NCBI GenBank assembly: GCA_963826525.1
Contig: CAWGXH010000003.1
Location: 1-64,000, forward strand
From: an uncultured Methanomicrobiaceae archaeon
GTDB lineage: Archaea > Halobacteriota > Methanomicrobia > Methanomicrobiales > Methanoculleaceae
Length of the DNA: 64,000 nt
Reading direction: 5' to 3'
The position numbers and the translations under genes are program-made. The notes under the pieces were generated by a model. It searched no databases, was not told the DNA's origin, and saw only the letters and a list, made by a program, of their open reading frames with translations. Position 1 is the stretch's first letter. Each line of letters opens with the position of its first letter. This document shows positions 19,413-29,783 of this stretch, in pieces.

Positions 19413-20837
19413 TCACACCCCGGTCGTATCGATGCACCCGGCCACGATCCGGCCGAGCTCCCGCGGGTCGGCGCGCCCCCGCGTCTCTTTCATCACCTGG
19501 CCGACGAGGAAGTTGAGCGCGCCCTTCTTCCCGGTGCGGTAGTCGTCGACCGCCTGCGGGTGTGCCTCGATAACCGAGCGCACGATCGCGTCGAACTCCC
19601 CGCCGGTCGCCTTCGCGAGCCCTTCGCGCGCGACGATGACGGCGGGCTGCTCGCACGCCTCTCCGGCGGCGCAGGTATCGAGCATCCGGCGGAGCACCTC
19701 GACGCCTGCCTTGTCGGTGATGGTATCCTCTTTCAGGAGCGTGAGGAGCTCGGCGAAGTGGCCGGGCGGCACCGCCGCGACGCTCATACTCCGGTAGTTG
19801 AGCTCGCCGAGGAGCGTGTCCGCGACCCAGGTGGCGGCGAGCACCGGATCGACGAAGGCGATCCGCTCGTAGAACTCGGCGATCCGGAGGTCGCCGGTGA
19901 GCGTCCGGGCGTGATTCAAGGAGATCCCGTACTGCTTCACGAACCGGTTCTTCCGGGCGACGGGGAGCTCGGGGAGGACGATCTCATCCACCCATTCCGA
20001 AACGGCGAGCGGCCGAAGATCGGGCTCCGGGAAGTAGCGGTAGTCGTGCTCCTCCTCTTTGCTCCGGGCTGCGGTCGTGACGCCCCGCCCTTCCTGGAAG
20101 TGCCGGGTCTCCCGGACGGTGACCGGCTGGCCGCGGCGGACGAGGTTCCGCTGCCTCGTGACCTCGAAGGTGAGCGCTTTCTCGACGCCCTTGTAGGAGG
20201 AGATGTTCTTGACCTCGACCCGCTCGTAGCCCTCGATCGAGATGTTCGCATCGACACGGAGCGAGCCTTCCTTATCGCCGTCGAAGACGCCGAGGTACTC
20301 GAGCGTCGAGCGGAGACGGTTTAAGAACCGGCGTGCCTCCTGCGGCGAGCGGAGGTCCGGCTCGGTCACGATCTCGAGGAGCGGGATGCCGCTTCGGTTG
20401 TAGTCGACGAGCGAGTAGCGGACGCGGTCGCCGCCGCCCTTGTGGACGAGACGGCCCGGGTCCTCCTCGAGGTGCGCCCGCGTGATCCGCACGGTCTTTT
20501 CGTGGCCTTCGTCGTCCTCGATCTCGAGGGTTCCCCAGACGGCGAGGGGCTTGTCGTACTGGGTTATCTGGAAGGCCTTCGGGAGATCCGGGTAGAAGTA
20601 GTTCTTCCGGGCGAACTCGGACTCTTCGGGAACCTCCATATCGAGCGCCTTTGCCACCCGGAGGCCGTACTCCACCGCTTTACGGTTCACGCGGGGCAGC
20701 GAGCCCGGCAGGCCGAGGCAGATCGGGCAGCAGTGGGTGTTCGGCGGGTCGTCCCGGTAGTCGGTGGAGCAGCTGCAGAAGAGCTTCGTCGCGGTATTGA
20801 GCTGGACGTGGATCTCAAGGCCGATGATAACCTTCAT
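19413..20837 (-). CDS. gatB: Asp/Glu-tRNA amidotransferase subunit B
   Basis: [54 protein letters not shown]. Confidence 0.97.
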   Translation of the reverse strand: MKVIIGLEIHVQLNTATKLFCSCSTDYRDDPPNTHCCPICLGLPGSLPRVNRKAVEYGLRVAKALDMEVPEESEFARKNYFYPDLPKAFQITQYDKPLAVWGTLEIEDDEGHEKTVRITRAHLEEDPGRLVHKGGGDRVRYSLVDYNRSGIPLLEIVTEPDLRSPQEARRFLNRLRSTLEYLGVFDGDKEGSLRVDANISIEGYERVEVKNISSYKGVEKALTFEVTRQRNLVRRGQPVTVRETRHFQEGRGVTTAARSKEEEHDYRYFPEPDLRPLAVSEWVDEIVLPELPVARKNRFVKQYGISLNHARTLTGDLRIAEFYERIAFVDPVLAATWVADTLLGELNYRSMSVAAVPPGHFAELLTLLKEDTITDKAGVEVLRRMLDTCAAGEACEQPAVIVAREGLAKATGGEFDAIVRSVIEAHPQAVDDYRTGKKGALNFLVGQVMKETRGRADPRELGRIVAGCIDTTGV

Positions 20838-22135
20838 GACCGTCCCCCCTGCTCGTAGGCATAGGCGACATCGACGACGCGCTCGTCCTCGAACTGCCGT
20901 CCGATCAGCTGCAGCCCGACGGGAAGGCCGTCCACCGTTCCGCAGGGAACGGAGATTGCCGGGACGCCGGCGAGGTTTGCCGGGACGGTCAGGATATCGG
21001 AGAGGTACATCGAGAGCGGGTCGCTCTTCTCGCCGAGCCGGAACGCCACGGTCGGCATCGTCGGGCCGGCGATGATATCCACCTCGGCGAGCACCCGCTC
21101 GAAGTCCTTCCGGACGTTCCGGCGGGCTATCTGGGCTTTGCCGTAGTACTTGCCGTAGTAGCCGGCGGAGAGGGCGAAGGTGCCGAGCATGATCCGGCGG
21201 CGGACCTCGCTGCCGAAATGCTTCCCGCGCACCTCCTGGTAGGCCTCGTGCCACTGCTTCTGCGTCGGCGCCGGCGGGCCGTAGCGGACGCCGTCGAAGC
21301 GGGCGAGGTTCGAGCTCGCCTCGCTCGTGCAGATGACGTAGTAGGCGGCAAGCGCGTAGGACATGCTCGGGATGGTGCAGGGCACCGTCTCGGCACCGAG
21401 GTCTTCGAGACGGCCGATTGCGCTCCGGACGGTCTCTGCGACCCGGGGGTCGACGCCTTCGCCGAAGTACTCGGCCGGCAGGCCGATCTTCAGGCCGGCG
21501 ATATCGGCGGAGGGTGTGTGGGCGTAGGGGCGGTCGACCATCGTCGAGTCACGCCGGTCGTACCCGGAGATCACCTCCATGAGGAGGGAGACCTCTTCGA
21601 CGCTCCGTGCCATCGGGCCGATCTGCTCGAGGGAGTTTGCGTAGGCGACGAGACCGTACCGCGAAACCCGGCCGTAGGTGGGTTTGAGGCCGACGATCCC
21701 GCAGAAGGCGGCAGGGCAGCGGATCGATCCGCCGGTATCGGTGCCGAGCGCCATCGGGACGAGCCCGGCGGCGACCGCCGCGGCGCTTCCTCCGGACGAG
21801 CCGCCGGGGACGCGGGTCAGGTCGACGGGGTTTAACGTGGGCCCATACCCGCTCGTCTCGGTCGTGGTGCCCATCCCGAACTCGTCCATATTGGTCTTGC
21901 CGACGATCGCGGCGCCCTCGCCCCGGAGGAGCGAGACGACGTGCGCATCGAAGGGCGGCACGTATCCGGCGAGGATCCGGGAGCCGCAGGTCGTCCGGAT
22001 ACCGCAGGTGGAGATATTGTCCTTGACGGCGACGGGGGTGCCGGCGAGCCGCCCGTCGGTATAGGAAGCGCTTGTGCAGGTGGTGATGAAGGCGTTATAG
22101 CGGTCCGCGGGCTCGAAGGTGAGGGTTCCCGCCAT
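20834..22135 (-). CDS. gatA: Asp/Glu-tRNA amidotransferase subunit A
   Basis: [41 protein letters not shown]. Confidence 0.97.
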   Translation of the reverse strand: MAGTLTFEPADRYNAFITTCTSASYTDGRLAGTPVAVKDNISTCGIRTTCGSRILAGYVPPFDAHVVSLLRGEGAAIVGKTNMDEFGMGTTTETSGYGPTLNPVDLTRVPGGSSGGSAAAVAAGLVPMALGTDTGGSIRCPAAFCGIVGLKPTYGRVSRYGLVAYANSLEQIGPMARSVEEVSLLMEVISGYDRRDSTMVDRPYAHTPSADIAGLKIGLPAEYFGEGVDPRVAETVRSAIGRLEDLGAETVPCTIPSMSYALAAYYVICTSEASSNLARFDGVRYGPPAPTQKQWHEAYQEVRGKHFGSEVRRRIMLGTFALSAGYYGKYYGKAQIARRNVRKDFERVLAEVDIIAGPTMPTVAFRLGEKSDPLSMYLSDILTVPANLAGVPAISVPCGTVDGLPVGLQLIGRQFEDERVVDVAYAYEQGGRS

Positions 22136-22405
22136 TCACATCACCCGCGGCGCTTTGACAAATCCGTCTTCCGTCGACCCGGCGTTCGCGAGGACATCCT
22201 CCTGGGAGAGGCAGCAGCCGACCTCGTCGTCCCGCCAGACGTTGACGAGCTCCGCCGCCACCGTCTCGTTGCCGGGAACCTGGTCGAGGGTGTCGAAGTA
22301 CTCCAGGATAGCGTTGAACTCACGGGTGAACCCGGCAACCTCCTCACGGGAGAGGCCGATATCCGCAAGTCGTGCAATATTCTCAATCTCAATCTCCGAT
22401 ACCAT
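22136..22405 (-). CDS. gatC: Asp/Glu-tRNA amidotransferase subunit C
   Basis: IARLADI...ILEYFDTL...NVWRDDE...GFVKAPRVM; directly upstream of gatA. Confidence 0.93.
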   Translation of the reverse strand: MVSEIEIENIARLADIGLSREEVAGFTREFNAILEYFDTLDQVPGNETVAAELVNVWRDDEVGCCLSQEDVLANAGSTEDGFVKAPRVM

Positions 22406-23414
22406 ATTCTGCCCTACTGATCTGAGTTAAGTACCCTTGTACCGACTTTTTATAACCGTTTTTACGTGCGAGCCGCTGGATGGCCCGCCAGATTCCGCTG
22501 CCGTACTGCATCGCTTTCTTCTCGTGCCAGGCAATCTCCGCCGGAATGTGGCGTTCTGCGATCGTTCGGAGGAGGTGCTTGCGCACCCCGTCGCGCACCC
22601 GCTCGTGCGCCGGGACGGCCCGGATAGCGCGCACCACACGGACATCCATATAGGGGAGCGAGAAGTACGCACCGTGGAGCGCGGCGACCCTTTGATCGCG
22701 GAGCGCCTGATCGGCAAGCCCGTGAAAGTCCCGTTCGAGCTCGGCCGCGAGATCCTCGGAATCGAGGTAGCGGGCGTACCCCCCGAAGAGCTCGTCGGCA
22801 CCCTGGCCGGCGAGGATCCGGGAGTAGCCCTGCTCGCCCGCCCACTCGGCGACGAAGTACAGGGTGGTCGCGATCGAGGCGTCGACCGGGTTTGTCGGGT
22901 CCGGGATCACCGAGACGACACGGGCGAGCACCTCCTCGATCCGTGCCTCCGTCGGGGTGACGGTGTGGAGGACGAGGTCGAGCTCCCGCGCGGCCCGCGC
23001 AGCCTGCACGGCGTCGTGCGACTCCTCGAGACCGACGACGACGCATTCGAGCCCGGCGATGCCGGCGACGAGCGACGAGTCCACCCCGCCCGAGAGGGCG
23101 ACCACCCCGTCGTCGCTCCGGAGGCGGATAGCGGTGAGGATGGCCTCTTCGAGATCGCACGCCGGGGGCGCCGGATCGACCGTGCCGACCGTCCGGCCGC
23201 CGCAGACGATTGCACCCGCCGGAACGGGTGCGGGGATGATGCCGAAGTGGTCGCGTGCCCTGCAGGCATCCCACGCGAGGGTGAACTCCCCCCCGCACCG
23301 GGCGAGGAGCGCCGGTTCGTCAGCGAGCATCCGCTCGATCTCCGTCCGGGTGAGCCGCTCTCCGTCCCGTTCCATCCAGCCTGTGTACTGCACGTCGATG
23401 TTCATTGCTCCCAT
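22389..23414 (-). CDS. Asparagine synthase-related protein with reduced N-terminal domain
   Basis: ALSGGVDSS PP-loop, GQGADELFGGY, KKAMQYGSG; only an ARDHFG remnant of the glutaminase domain. Confidence 0.85.
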   Translation of the reverse strand: MGAMNIDVQYTGWMERDGERLTRTEIERMLADEPALLARCGGEFTLAWDACRARDHFGIIPAPVPAGAIVCGGRTVGTVDPAPPACDLEEAILTAIRLRSDDGVVALSGGVDSSLVAGIAGLECVVVGLEESHDAVQAARAARELDLVLHTVTPTEARIEEVLARVVSVIPDPTNPVDASIATTLYFVAEWAGEQGYSRILAGQGADELFGGYARYLDSEDLAAELERDFHGLADQALRDQRVAALHGAYFSLPYMDVRVVRAIRAVPAHERVRDGVRKHLLRTIAERHIPAEIAWHEKKAMQYGSGIWRAIQRLARKNGYKKSVQGYLTQISRAEYGIGD

Positions 23415-23609
23415 CCCTCTCCGGCATCACCGCTCTCGGGCGGTGCAGATCCCGGAGGTTGAACTATCTCTGGTTTTGAACCGATGAATTATAAATATGA
23501 TTGAATATCGAACGGTTCGCGAGAACGGCGTTTTCTGTTTTTTATGGGATGAGCATGCGGAAAAAGCGCTGCCGGGCAGCTTTTTGCAGAAAGAGTGGGG
23601 TGGGATACC

Positions 23610-24965
23610 TCACCGCACCGTCTCGTCGCCGGCGAGCGGGGCAAGCTTCTCGCGGAGCATCTCCACCTGCCGGACGGCCGTGCCGATGTATGCGTCGGGA
23701 TTGAGGAGGTCCAGAAGCTCCCGGTGCGAGCAGTAGGCGGAGACGGCCGGCTGCTCGGCGAGGACGTCGGCGAGGTTCCGGCCATCGGCGAGCGCCTGCA
23801 TGCTCGCTTCCCGCATCAGCTCGTGCGCCTCCTGCCGCTCCATGCCCCGTTTCGTCAGGCCGATCATCACCGACTCGGCGAGGTTGATCCCGCGGAGCAG
23901 CATCAGGTTCCGGCGGATATTCTCGGGATTGATCCGGAGGCCGTCGAGCACCCGGGTCATCACTCCGAGGATATGATCGAGGAGAATCGAGGCCTCGGGG
24001 AAGAGCACCCGCTCGGTCGAGGAGTTCGTGAGATCCCGCTCGTCCCAGAGGACGTTGTTCTGCAGAGCCGGCTCCACGGCTGAACGGACGATCCGGGCAA
24101 GCCCGCAGACCTGCTCGCTCTTGATCGGGTTCCTCTTGTGCGGCATGGTGCTCGAGCCGACCTGCTTGCTGCCGAAGGCCTCTTCGAGTTCGCCGATCTC
24201 GGAGCGCTGCATGAGCCGGATCTCAAGCCCGATCTTGTCGAGCGTCGTCGCCACGTTCGCGAGGAACATGAAGTACTCCGCGTAGCGGTCGCGGGAGATG
24301 ATCTGGTTCGAGACATCCACTGCCGAAAGGCCGAGGAACTCCATCATCGCCTGCTGGACATCCGGCGCCTTCTCGCCGAGCGCGGCCTGGGTTCCGACGG
24401 CACCGGTCAGCTGCCCGACGAGGAGGCGCGGCCGCATCTCGCGCAGCCGCTCGATATGGCGTGCCACCTCGCTCGCCCAGATGGAAAACCGGAGCCCGTA
24501 GGTCGTCGGGACACCGATCTGGCCGTGCGTCCGCCCGGCGCAGACGAGGGTTTTGGTCTCGCCCGCCCGCCAGAGGAGCACCCGGAGGAGATTCGCCAGT
24601 TTCTGCTCGATCAGGGCGAGCGCGTCGCGGAGCTGCAGCCCGGTCGCGGTGTCGAGGATATCGTTCGAGGTCGCCCCGTAGTGGATCCACCTGCCCGCAT
24701 CCCCGCAGACCTCGGTGACGGACCGGACGATCGCCATCATATCGTGGTTGATCTCCTCCTCGATCTCCTTTGCCCGTGCAAGGCTCGCGTTCTCGGCGCA
24801 TACTGCTATCGTCCGGGCGTCCTCGTCCGGGATCATGCCGTAGGCCGCCTCCGCCCGGGCGAGAGCGACCTCCGCGGCGACGATCGCCCGGAACCGGTTC
24901 TCCTCGCTCCAGACGCTGCGCATCTCCGGCGTGCCGTACCGGTAGTCGATGGGGTGAATAGCCAT
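23610..24965 (-). CDS. purB: Adenylosuccinate lyase
   Basis: MAIHPIDYRYG, HYGATSND, GRTHGQ, GSSTMPHKRNP. Confidence 0.97.
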   Translation of the reverse strand: MAIHPIDYRYGTPEMRSVWSEENRFRAIVAAEVALARAEAAYGMIPDEDARTIAVCAENASLARAKEIEEEINHDMMAIVRSVTEVCGDAGRWIHYGATSNDILDTATGLQLRDALALIEQKLANLLRVLLWRAGETKTLVCAGRTHGQIGVPTTYGLRFSIWASEVARHIERLREMRPRLLVGQLTGAVGTQAALGEKAPDVQQAMMEFLGLSAVDVSNQIISRDRYAEYFMFLANVATTLDKIGLEIRLMQRSEIGELEEAFGSKQVGSSTMPHKRNPIKSEQVCGLARIVRSAVEPALQNNVLWDERDLTNSSTERVLFPEASILLDHILGVMTRVLDGLRINPENIRRNLMLLRGINLAESVMIGLTKRGMERQEAHELMREASMQALADGRNLADVLAEQPAVSAYCSHRELLDLLNPDAYIGTAVRQVEMLREKLAPLAGDETVR

Positions 24966-25099
24966 AGTGGAGAAAAGTTGGCCTTCCCGGATGAAAAAAG
25001 GATGGCGTCGCAGGATCATCCGGGGGCGGGATGCGGGGAAGTCTCCCGCTTTTCCGTGAGCACGTCCGGAATGGTGTCCGGGTGTGAAGAGACGATTCG

Positions 25100-25170
25100 G
25101 ATCGCGGGTACGGCCTGTATCCGGCTATCGCAATGGGGGGAGGGTGCGGGAGGGGGCTCGCCCCCTCCTG
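25100..25170 (+). repeat. Dispersed REP-like element, copy 1
   Basis: GATCGCGGGTACGGCCTGTA...GTGCGGGAGGGGGCTCGCCCCCTCCTG; hairpin GGAGGGGGC-TC-GCCCCCTCC; matches 37372-37442 and 48804-48848. Confidence 0.85.
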
Positions 25171-25201
25171 CTAACGAGGCGCAGTGCAGGGCACCCTTCC
25201 C

Positions 25202-26000
25202 CTACTTCACGCCCGTTCCCTTGAAGAACGTGTAGCAGAACGTCCCGTCGGGCTCGCACGTCCGCTCGAGCCCCCGGATGCCGGCATTCCAGGTCTCCTC
25301 GTCGATGAGCCCGCTCTGGAGCGCCCGCTCCCGCACGCCCTCCACCATTGCGGTGAACGTCCGCCTGGTGAACCCGTCGATGAGACGAGGCCTGCTCGCA
25401 TCGACGTAGACCATGCGAGGCGAGACGCGGAGATCGCGGAATCCCGCCTCGGAGAGCAGCGGGTAGAGCGTCCGGCCGATCAGGGCGTTCCCGCCCGCGG
25501 CGGCCTGGAGATCCACCAGGCAGCGGATCGCAGCCGTTGCAGCGGCGTTCTCGGGAGAGAAGTACGTCGAGCCGTGATCGCCCTCGATGACGGTGACGGT
25601 GCCGCCGGGCTTGAGCACCCGGCGGAGGCCTGCGAGCGCAGCGGCAGGGTCACTCAGGTGCTCGAGGACGAAACAGACGAAGACGTGGTCGAACGACGTC
25701 GTCCCTGAAGGGGAGGTGCATGATATCGGCCTGCCCGAACCGGACGCCGGAAACCCTTCGGCGTGCCTGCAGGACGGAGGATGCGGCGATGTCCACGGAG
25801 ACGATCGTCGCCCCCGGGCTGTTCTCTGCCAGGATCACCGTCTGTGCGCCGACCCCGCACCCTGCCTCGAGCACCAGGCTCCCCGCAGGATAGCGGGTAT
25901 CGCCATGCAGCAGCTCCGTCAGTGTCTCCGCCTGATCGTGCAGGCGATCCGATTCACGCTCGGAATCGCCGTGGACGTACGCTCTCTCCCTGTCTGCCAT
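25202..26000 (-). CDS. Class I SAM-dependent methyltransferase (frameshift near 25697)
   Basis: VLEAGCGVG, VDI, ADIMHLPF / FDHVFVCFVLEHL...VLKPGG...EGDHG. Confidence 0.85.
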
Positions 26001-26074
26001 CGGTGCATCTCTCCTGTGTGTACAGATGTGTGCCTCGGGGTATATAGGTGGTCGCCGGAGGTACGGCGAGCCGG

Positions 26075-26845
26075 TTATCGCCTCTGCTGTTCGCATGCAT
26101 CGAGCAGCCGCTCCGCAAGCCCCCGCACCGCCGTCCTGGCAGGGCTGCCGTCCGGAATACCGACGATCGGCTCGCCGGCGAGATCCGCCTGCTCCACGGC
26201 CGGGTCTTCGGGAACGGTGGCTATCAGGGGGAGTACGGTGCCGAGCTCCGTCTCTTCTCTGTTGATGCCGTCCCGAACGCGGTTGACGCAGAGGAACATC
26301 CGGTCCTGCGCCAGACCGAGCGTTCCGGCGATCTCCCGTATCCTCCGGGCGGTCCGGATCCCCCGTGCACCGGGATCGCTCACGATGAGCAGAATGTCGG
26401 GGTTCTTCACGGTCCCCCGCGCGACATGCTCCATGCCCGCCTCGGAGTCGACGACGACGAACCGGTAGTCGCGCTCCAGCGTGCCGATGCACTCCGAGAG
26501 GAGGGCGTTCGGGAAGCAGTAGCACCCCGACCCTTCCGGGCGCCCCATGGCGAGAAGGTCAAAGCCTTCCGCTTCTGCCAGCACCCGGTGGAACCGGTAT
26601 TTGATATAGCCGGTGCGGTTCATTCCCGGCGGGATGCTCTCCGTGAAGGCCTTCTCGCGCACGTTCCCCAGCGTCTCCTCGAGTGGAATCCCGAGCGCTT
26701 CGTTGAGGTTCGTGTTGGGATCGGCGTCGACGGCCAGGACCGGCCGCTCACCCGCCGCAATCAGGGCATCGATCAGCAGCGCGGTGATCGTCGTCTTACC
26801 GGTCCCTCCTTTCCCGGATACGACGATGGTGCAGGGCCGGCTCAT
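26075..26845 (-). CDS. cooC: CooC/AcsF-type nickel-insertion ATPase
   Basis: SGKGGTGKTT, VDADPNTNL, MGRPEGSGCYCFPN (CxC), DSEAGMEH. Confidence 0.92.
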   Translation of the reverse strand: MSRPCTIVVSGKGGTGKTTITALLIDALIAAGERPVLAVDADPNTNLNEALGIPLEETLGNVREKAFTESIPPGMNRTGYIKYRFHRVLAEAEGFDLLAMGRPEGSGCYCFPNALLSECIGTLERDYRFVVVDSEAGMEHVARGTVKNPDILLIVSDPGARGIRTARRIREIAGTLGLAQDRMFLCVNRVRDGINREETELGTVLPLIATVPEDPAVEQADLAGEPIVGIPDGSPARTAVRGLAERLLDACEQQRR

Positions 26846-27877
26846 GCCGCTTCCCCCCGGGCACGGCGGGAGAGTTCGGCGGCGGTCCGCATGATCGCCT
26901 CCGCATCCGGCACGTCGGCGAGCCTGATGCCGCAGGTGGGGGTGATCAGCGAGCGCTCATGAAAGAGGCGATCTCCCACGAGATCGGTGACTTTGCTGCG
27001 GATCTGCACGAACCGGTCGAAGAGCGTATCGAGGCTCTCGGCAGCATAGAGGTGCGGTTCGGAGGGGACGATGCCCCAGGCGATCACCCCGCCCGCCTCC
27101 AGGTAGGCGGCCAGGTCGTCGGCGTAGAGGAGGAACTCCCGGGCGTGCTGGTACGCGTCGAACGAGATCACGGCTGGCCCAAGCGACATAAGGAAGCCCC
27201 AGTCGGTATTGGAGCAGCAGTGAACCCCGAGACTCCCCTCGAGGAGACCGGCGGCATCGGAGACGCTCGAGCGCACGACCTCCTCGTCGACCGGAACGAC
27301 CGAAGACCCCAGTGCCGCCAGGTACGGCTCGTCCAGGACGATCAGCGTCCGTTCGGCACCCGTCCGCTCACGCATGACCGTCTCGCACCACCTGGCCCGG
27401 AGCGCGATCATCTTGTTCAGCACGTCGGCGTATTCGGGGTCGTAGTGGATCGGCCTTTTGCGCTCGTCCACCACCTGCATCCCGAAGGTGACCGGCCCTG
27501 TCAGCTGGAATTTGAAGACGAGCGCGTCGGAGAGATCGAACGAGAGCATCCGGTGGAACGCCGAACCGTACGCCTCCCCGACTGCGTACGGGGCGGCGTT
27601 CCCTTCCAGGTAGTCGAGCAGGATCTGCTCCATCGCCGCCGCATGGCTGCCCGAGGTGTCGACCGTCAGCCGGTCATTCGCGATCACCCTGCCCGGGAGG
27701 TGTTCCGAGTCGCAGAAGACGATCCGTTCGAGGAGCCCTCTGCTTCGGGAGTGTCGGTGCGTACGGCACCCGGGGAAAGGCTGCCAGAACCGCCCGGCAC
27801 GCCGCGTCCGGGTCGAGGTGGGGAAGCGCCCCGATACCGGTCGCGTGCAGGTCCATCTGCGGGAGCATCGTCGCCAT
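26842..27877 (-). CDS. Core (folate-independent) methionine synthase, MesB-like (frameshift near 27745)
   Basis: Single MetE catalytic barrel: TGIGALPH, KFQLTGPVTFG, LDEPYL, GVHCCSNTDW, ISFDAY, GGVIAWGIVP, ITPTCG (Zn ligands H/C/D/C). Confidence 0.85.
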
Positions 27878-27881
27878 CCGA

Positions 27882-29783
27882 TCACCCCCGCCTCATCCTG
27901 CACGCCTCGAGCGTCTGCTGCACCCTCGGGAAGAGGGTAAGATCAGTATGCGGCAGGAAGCAGCTTGAGGTATACTGGTCCATGAACGACGGCTCTGCGT
28001 TCAGCTCGATGTAGGTGATCCGCTGTGCGAGGGCATCCAGCAGCTTGCGGGACCGCCGGTTGATCAGGGCGATGTTCGCGCCGGTGATCGCGCCGTTCCC
28101 GATGTTCTTCACCTGATCCAGCCCCACTTCGGGGATCAGCCCGATGGTGATGGCGTTCTCCTTATTGATGTAGTTCCCGAACGCCCCGGAGAAGTAGACC
28201 GTGGCGATCTCCCCGTGATCGAGGCCTGCCGCATCGAGGAGCGTCATGCATGCGCCGAGGATCGCAGCTTTGCTCATGATCAGGTTCTTGATGTCGTTCT
28301 CGGTGATGACGATATCCTTGGCGGCCGCCGTCTCCTCCTTCCACGCCACCACGAACTCCGGACAGTAGCGTCCCCTCCTGACCCGGGGATTTTCGATCTC
28401 CATGTTGATATTGCCGTTCCGGTCGATGACGCATGCGCGGATCAGCTCGGCGAGCAGATCGATGAGCCCCGATCCGCAGATGCCCTGCGGTCCGGCACCG
28501 TTGATCGTCGTGAAGGTCGGGGTGAGCGTATCGCCGTCGATCCGGACACGCTCGATCGCGCCCGGGTTCGCACGCATCCCGAAGAGCACCTCCCCGCCCT
28601 CGAGGGCCGGGCCGGCCGCGCCTGCGCAGGAGAGCATCCAGTCGCTGTTGCCGAGGACCGCCTCGAAGTTCGTGCCGATGTCCACCAGGAGCGAAACCTC
28701 CTCACGCTCTGCCATGCCGCTGGCCAGAATGTCGGCGATGATGTCGCCGCCGATGAAGTTGGAGACCGCCGGGAAGGTATAGACACCGGCATTCCGGTGG
28801 GTCGAGATCCCGATCCGGCCGGCGGCGGTCGAGAGCATCCGGCGCACTGCGGGCGTGTAGGGTTCTGCGATCATGTAGGCGGGGTCGATCCCGAGCAGGA
28901 GATGGGTCATCACGGTGTTGCCCGCGATCATCACCTCGAAGATGTCGTCCAGATCGATACCGGCGGCGTCGGCGGCGGCGCACAATGCATCGTTAATGCT
29001 CTCGGCTGCCAGCTGTTGCAGCCGGGCAAGGCCGCCTTTCCGTGCAAAGGTCACCCGGGAGAGGATGTCCTCACCGCAGCTGATCTGCTTGTTGTAGTTC
29101 GATGCCGTGGCCGCAATCCGGCCGTCTGCCAGACTCCAGATGTAGACCACGATCGTGGTGGTTCCGAGATCCACGGCAGCCCCGTAGAGCCGGTTGCTGC
29201 TGTCTCCTTCGTCCACGTGAAGCAGCCGGTATCCGCCGGGAACCAGCGCGACGGTCGCGGTCATATTCCAGTTTCCCTGGCGGAGCGTTCTGGGGAGGTA
29301 CTGGAGGACGTCCAGCGGCACGTAGATCCGGTTCGGGCGCGGACCTCCCTGCCGTTCGATCCCTTCGAGCACCCGGTTGACGTCCGGGGTGGTATCGTCC
29401 AGGGATGGCGGGGAGAGGTGGAGGACGTACTTCCGGACTGCGGGATCGGGCGGAATTTCCATCCCGGGAACCTCCACCAGGATCTTCTGCTGCTGCACGA
29501 GCGACTGTTCGGGAACCTCCACCCGCAGGTCGTTGACGACGAACGTCTGGCATGCAAGGCAGGCACCCCGTGCGGTCTCCTCGTCCGTAAAGAACCGGCG
29601 GTACTTCTCCAGGTCGAAGGAAGCGGTCCCGCTTTTTAGGAAGACAATGCATTTCCCGCATTTCCCCTGGCCGCCGCATACGACGTTCATGTGAAGGCCG
29701 GCCTCAATAGCCGCTTCGAGGAGCGAGTCTCCCTGGCGCACGGTCGCCTTCCGGTAACTGGGCAGGAACGTGACGGTGGGCAT
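27882..29783 (-). CDS. RACo-type reductive activator of corrinoid protein (2Fe-2S + ASKHA ATPase, COG3894)
   Basis: CGGQGKCGKC...LACQ ferredoxin, AVDLGTTT, FIGGD, VDIGTN, AGPALEG, GICGSG, SGAFG. Confidence 0.93.
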   Translation of the reverse strand: MPTVTFLPSYRKATVRQGDSLLEAAIEAGLHMNVVCGGQGKCGKCIVFLKSGTASFDLEKYRRFFTDEETARGACLACQTFVVNDLRVEVPEQSLVQQQKILVEVPGMEIPPDPAVRKYVLHLSPPSLDDTTPDVNRVLEGIERQGGPRPNRIYVPLDVLQYLPRTLRQGNWNMTATVALVPGGYRLLHVDEGDSSNRLYGAAVDLGTTTIVVYIWSLADGRIAATASNYNKQISCGEDILSRVTFARKGGLARLQQLAAESINDALCAAADAAGIDLDDIFEVMIAGNTVMTHLLLGIDPAYMIAEPYTPAVRRMLSTAAGRIGISTHRNAGVYTFPAVSNFIGGDIIADILASGMAEREEVSLLVDIGTNFEAVLGNSDWMLSCAGAAGPALEGGEVLFGMRANPGAIERVRIDGDTLTPTFTTINGAGPQGICGSGLIDLLAELIRACVIDRNGNINMEIENPRVRRGRYCPEFVVAWKEETAAAKDIVITENDIKNLIMSKAAILGACMTLLDAAGLDHGEIATVYFSGAFGNYINKENAITIGLIPEVGLDQVKNIGNGAITGANIALINRRSRKLLDALAQRITYIELNAEPSFMDQYTSSCFLPHTDLTLFPRVQQTLEACRMRRG

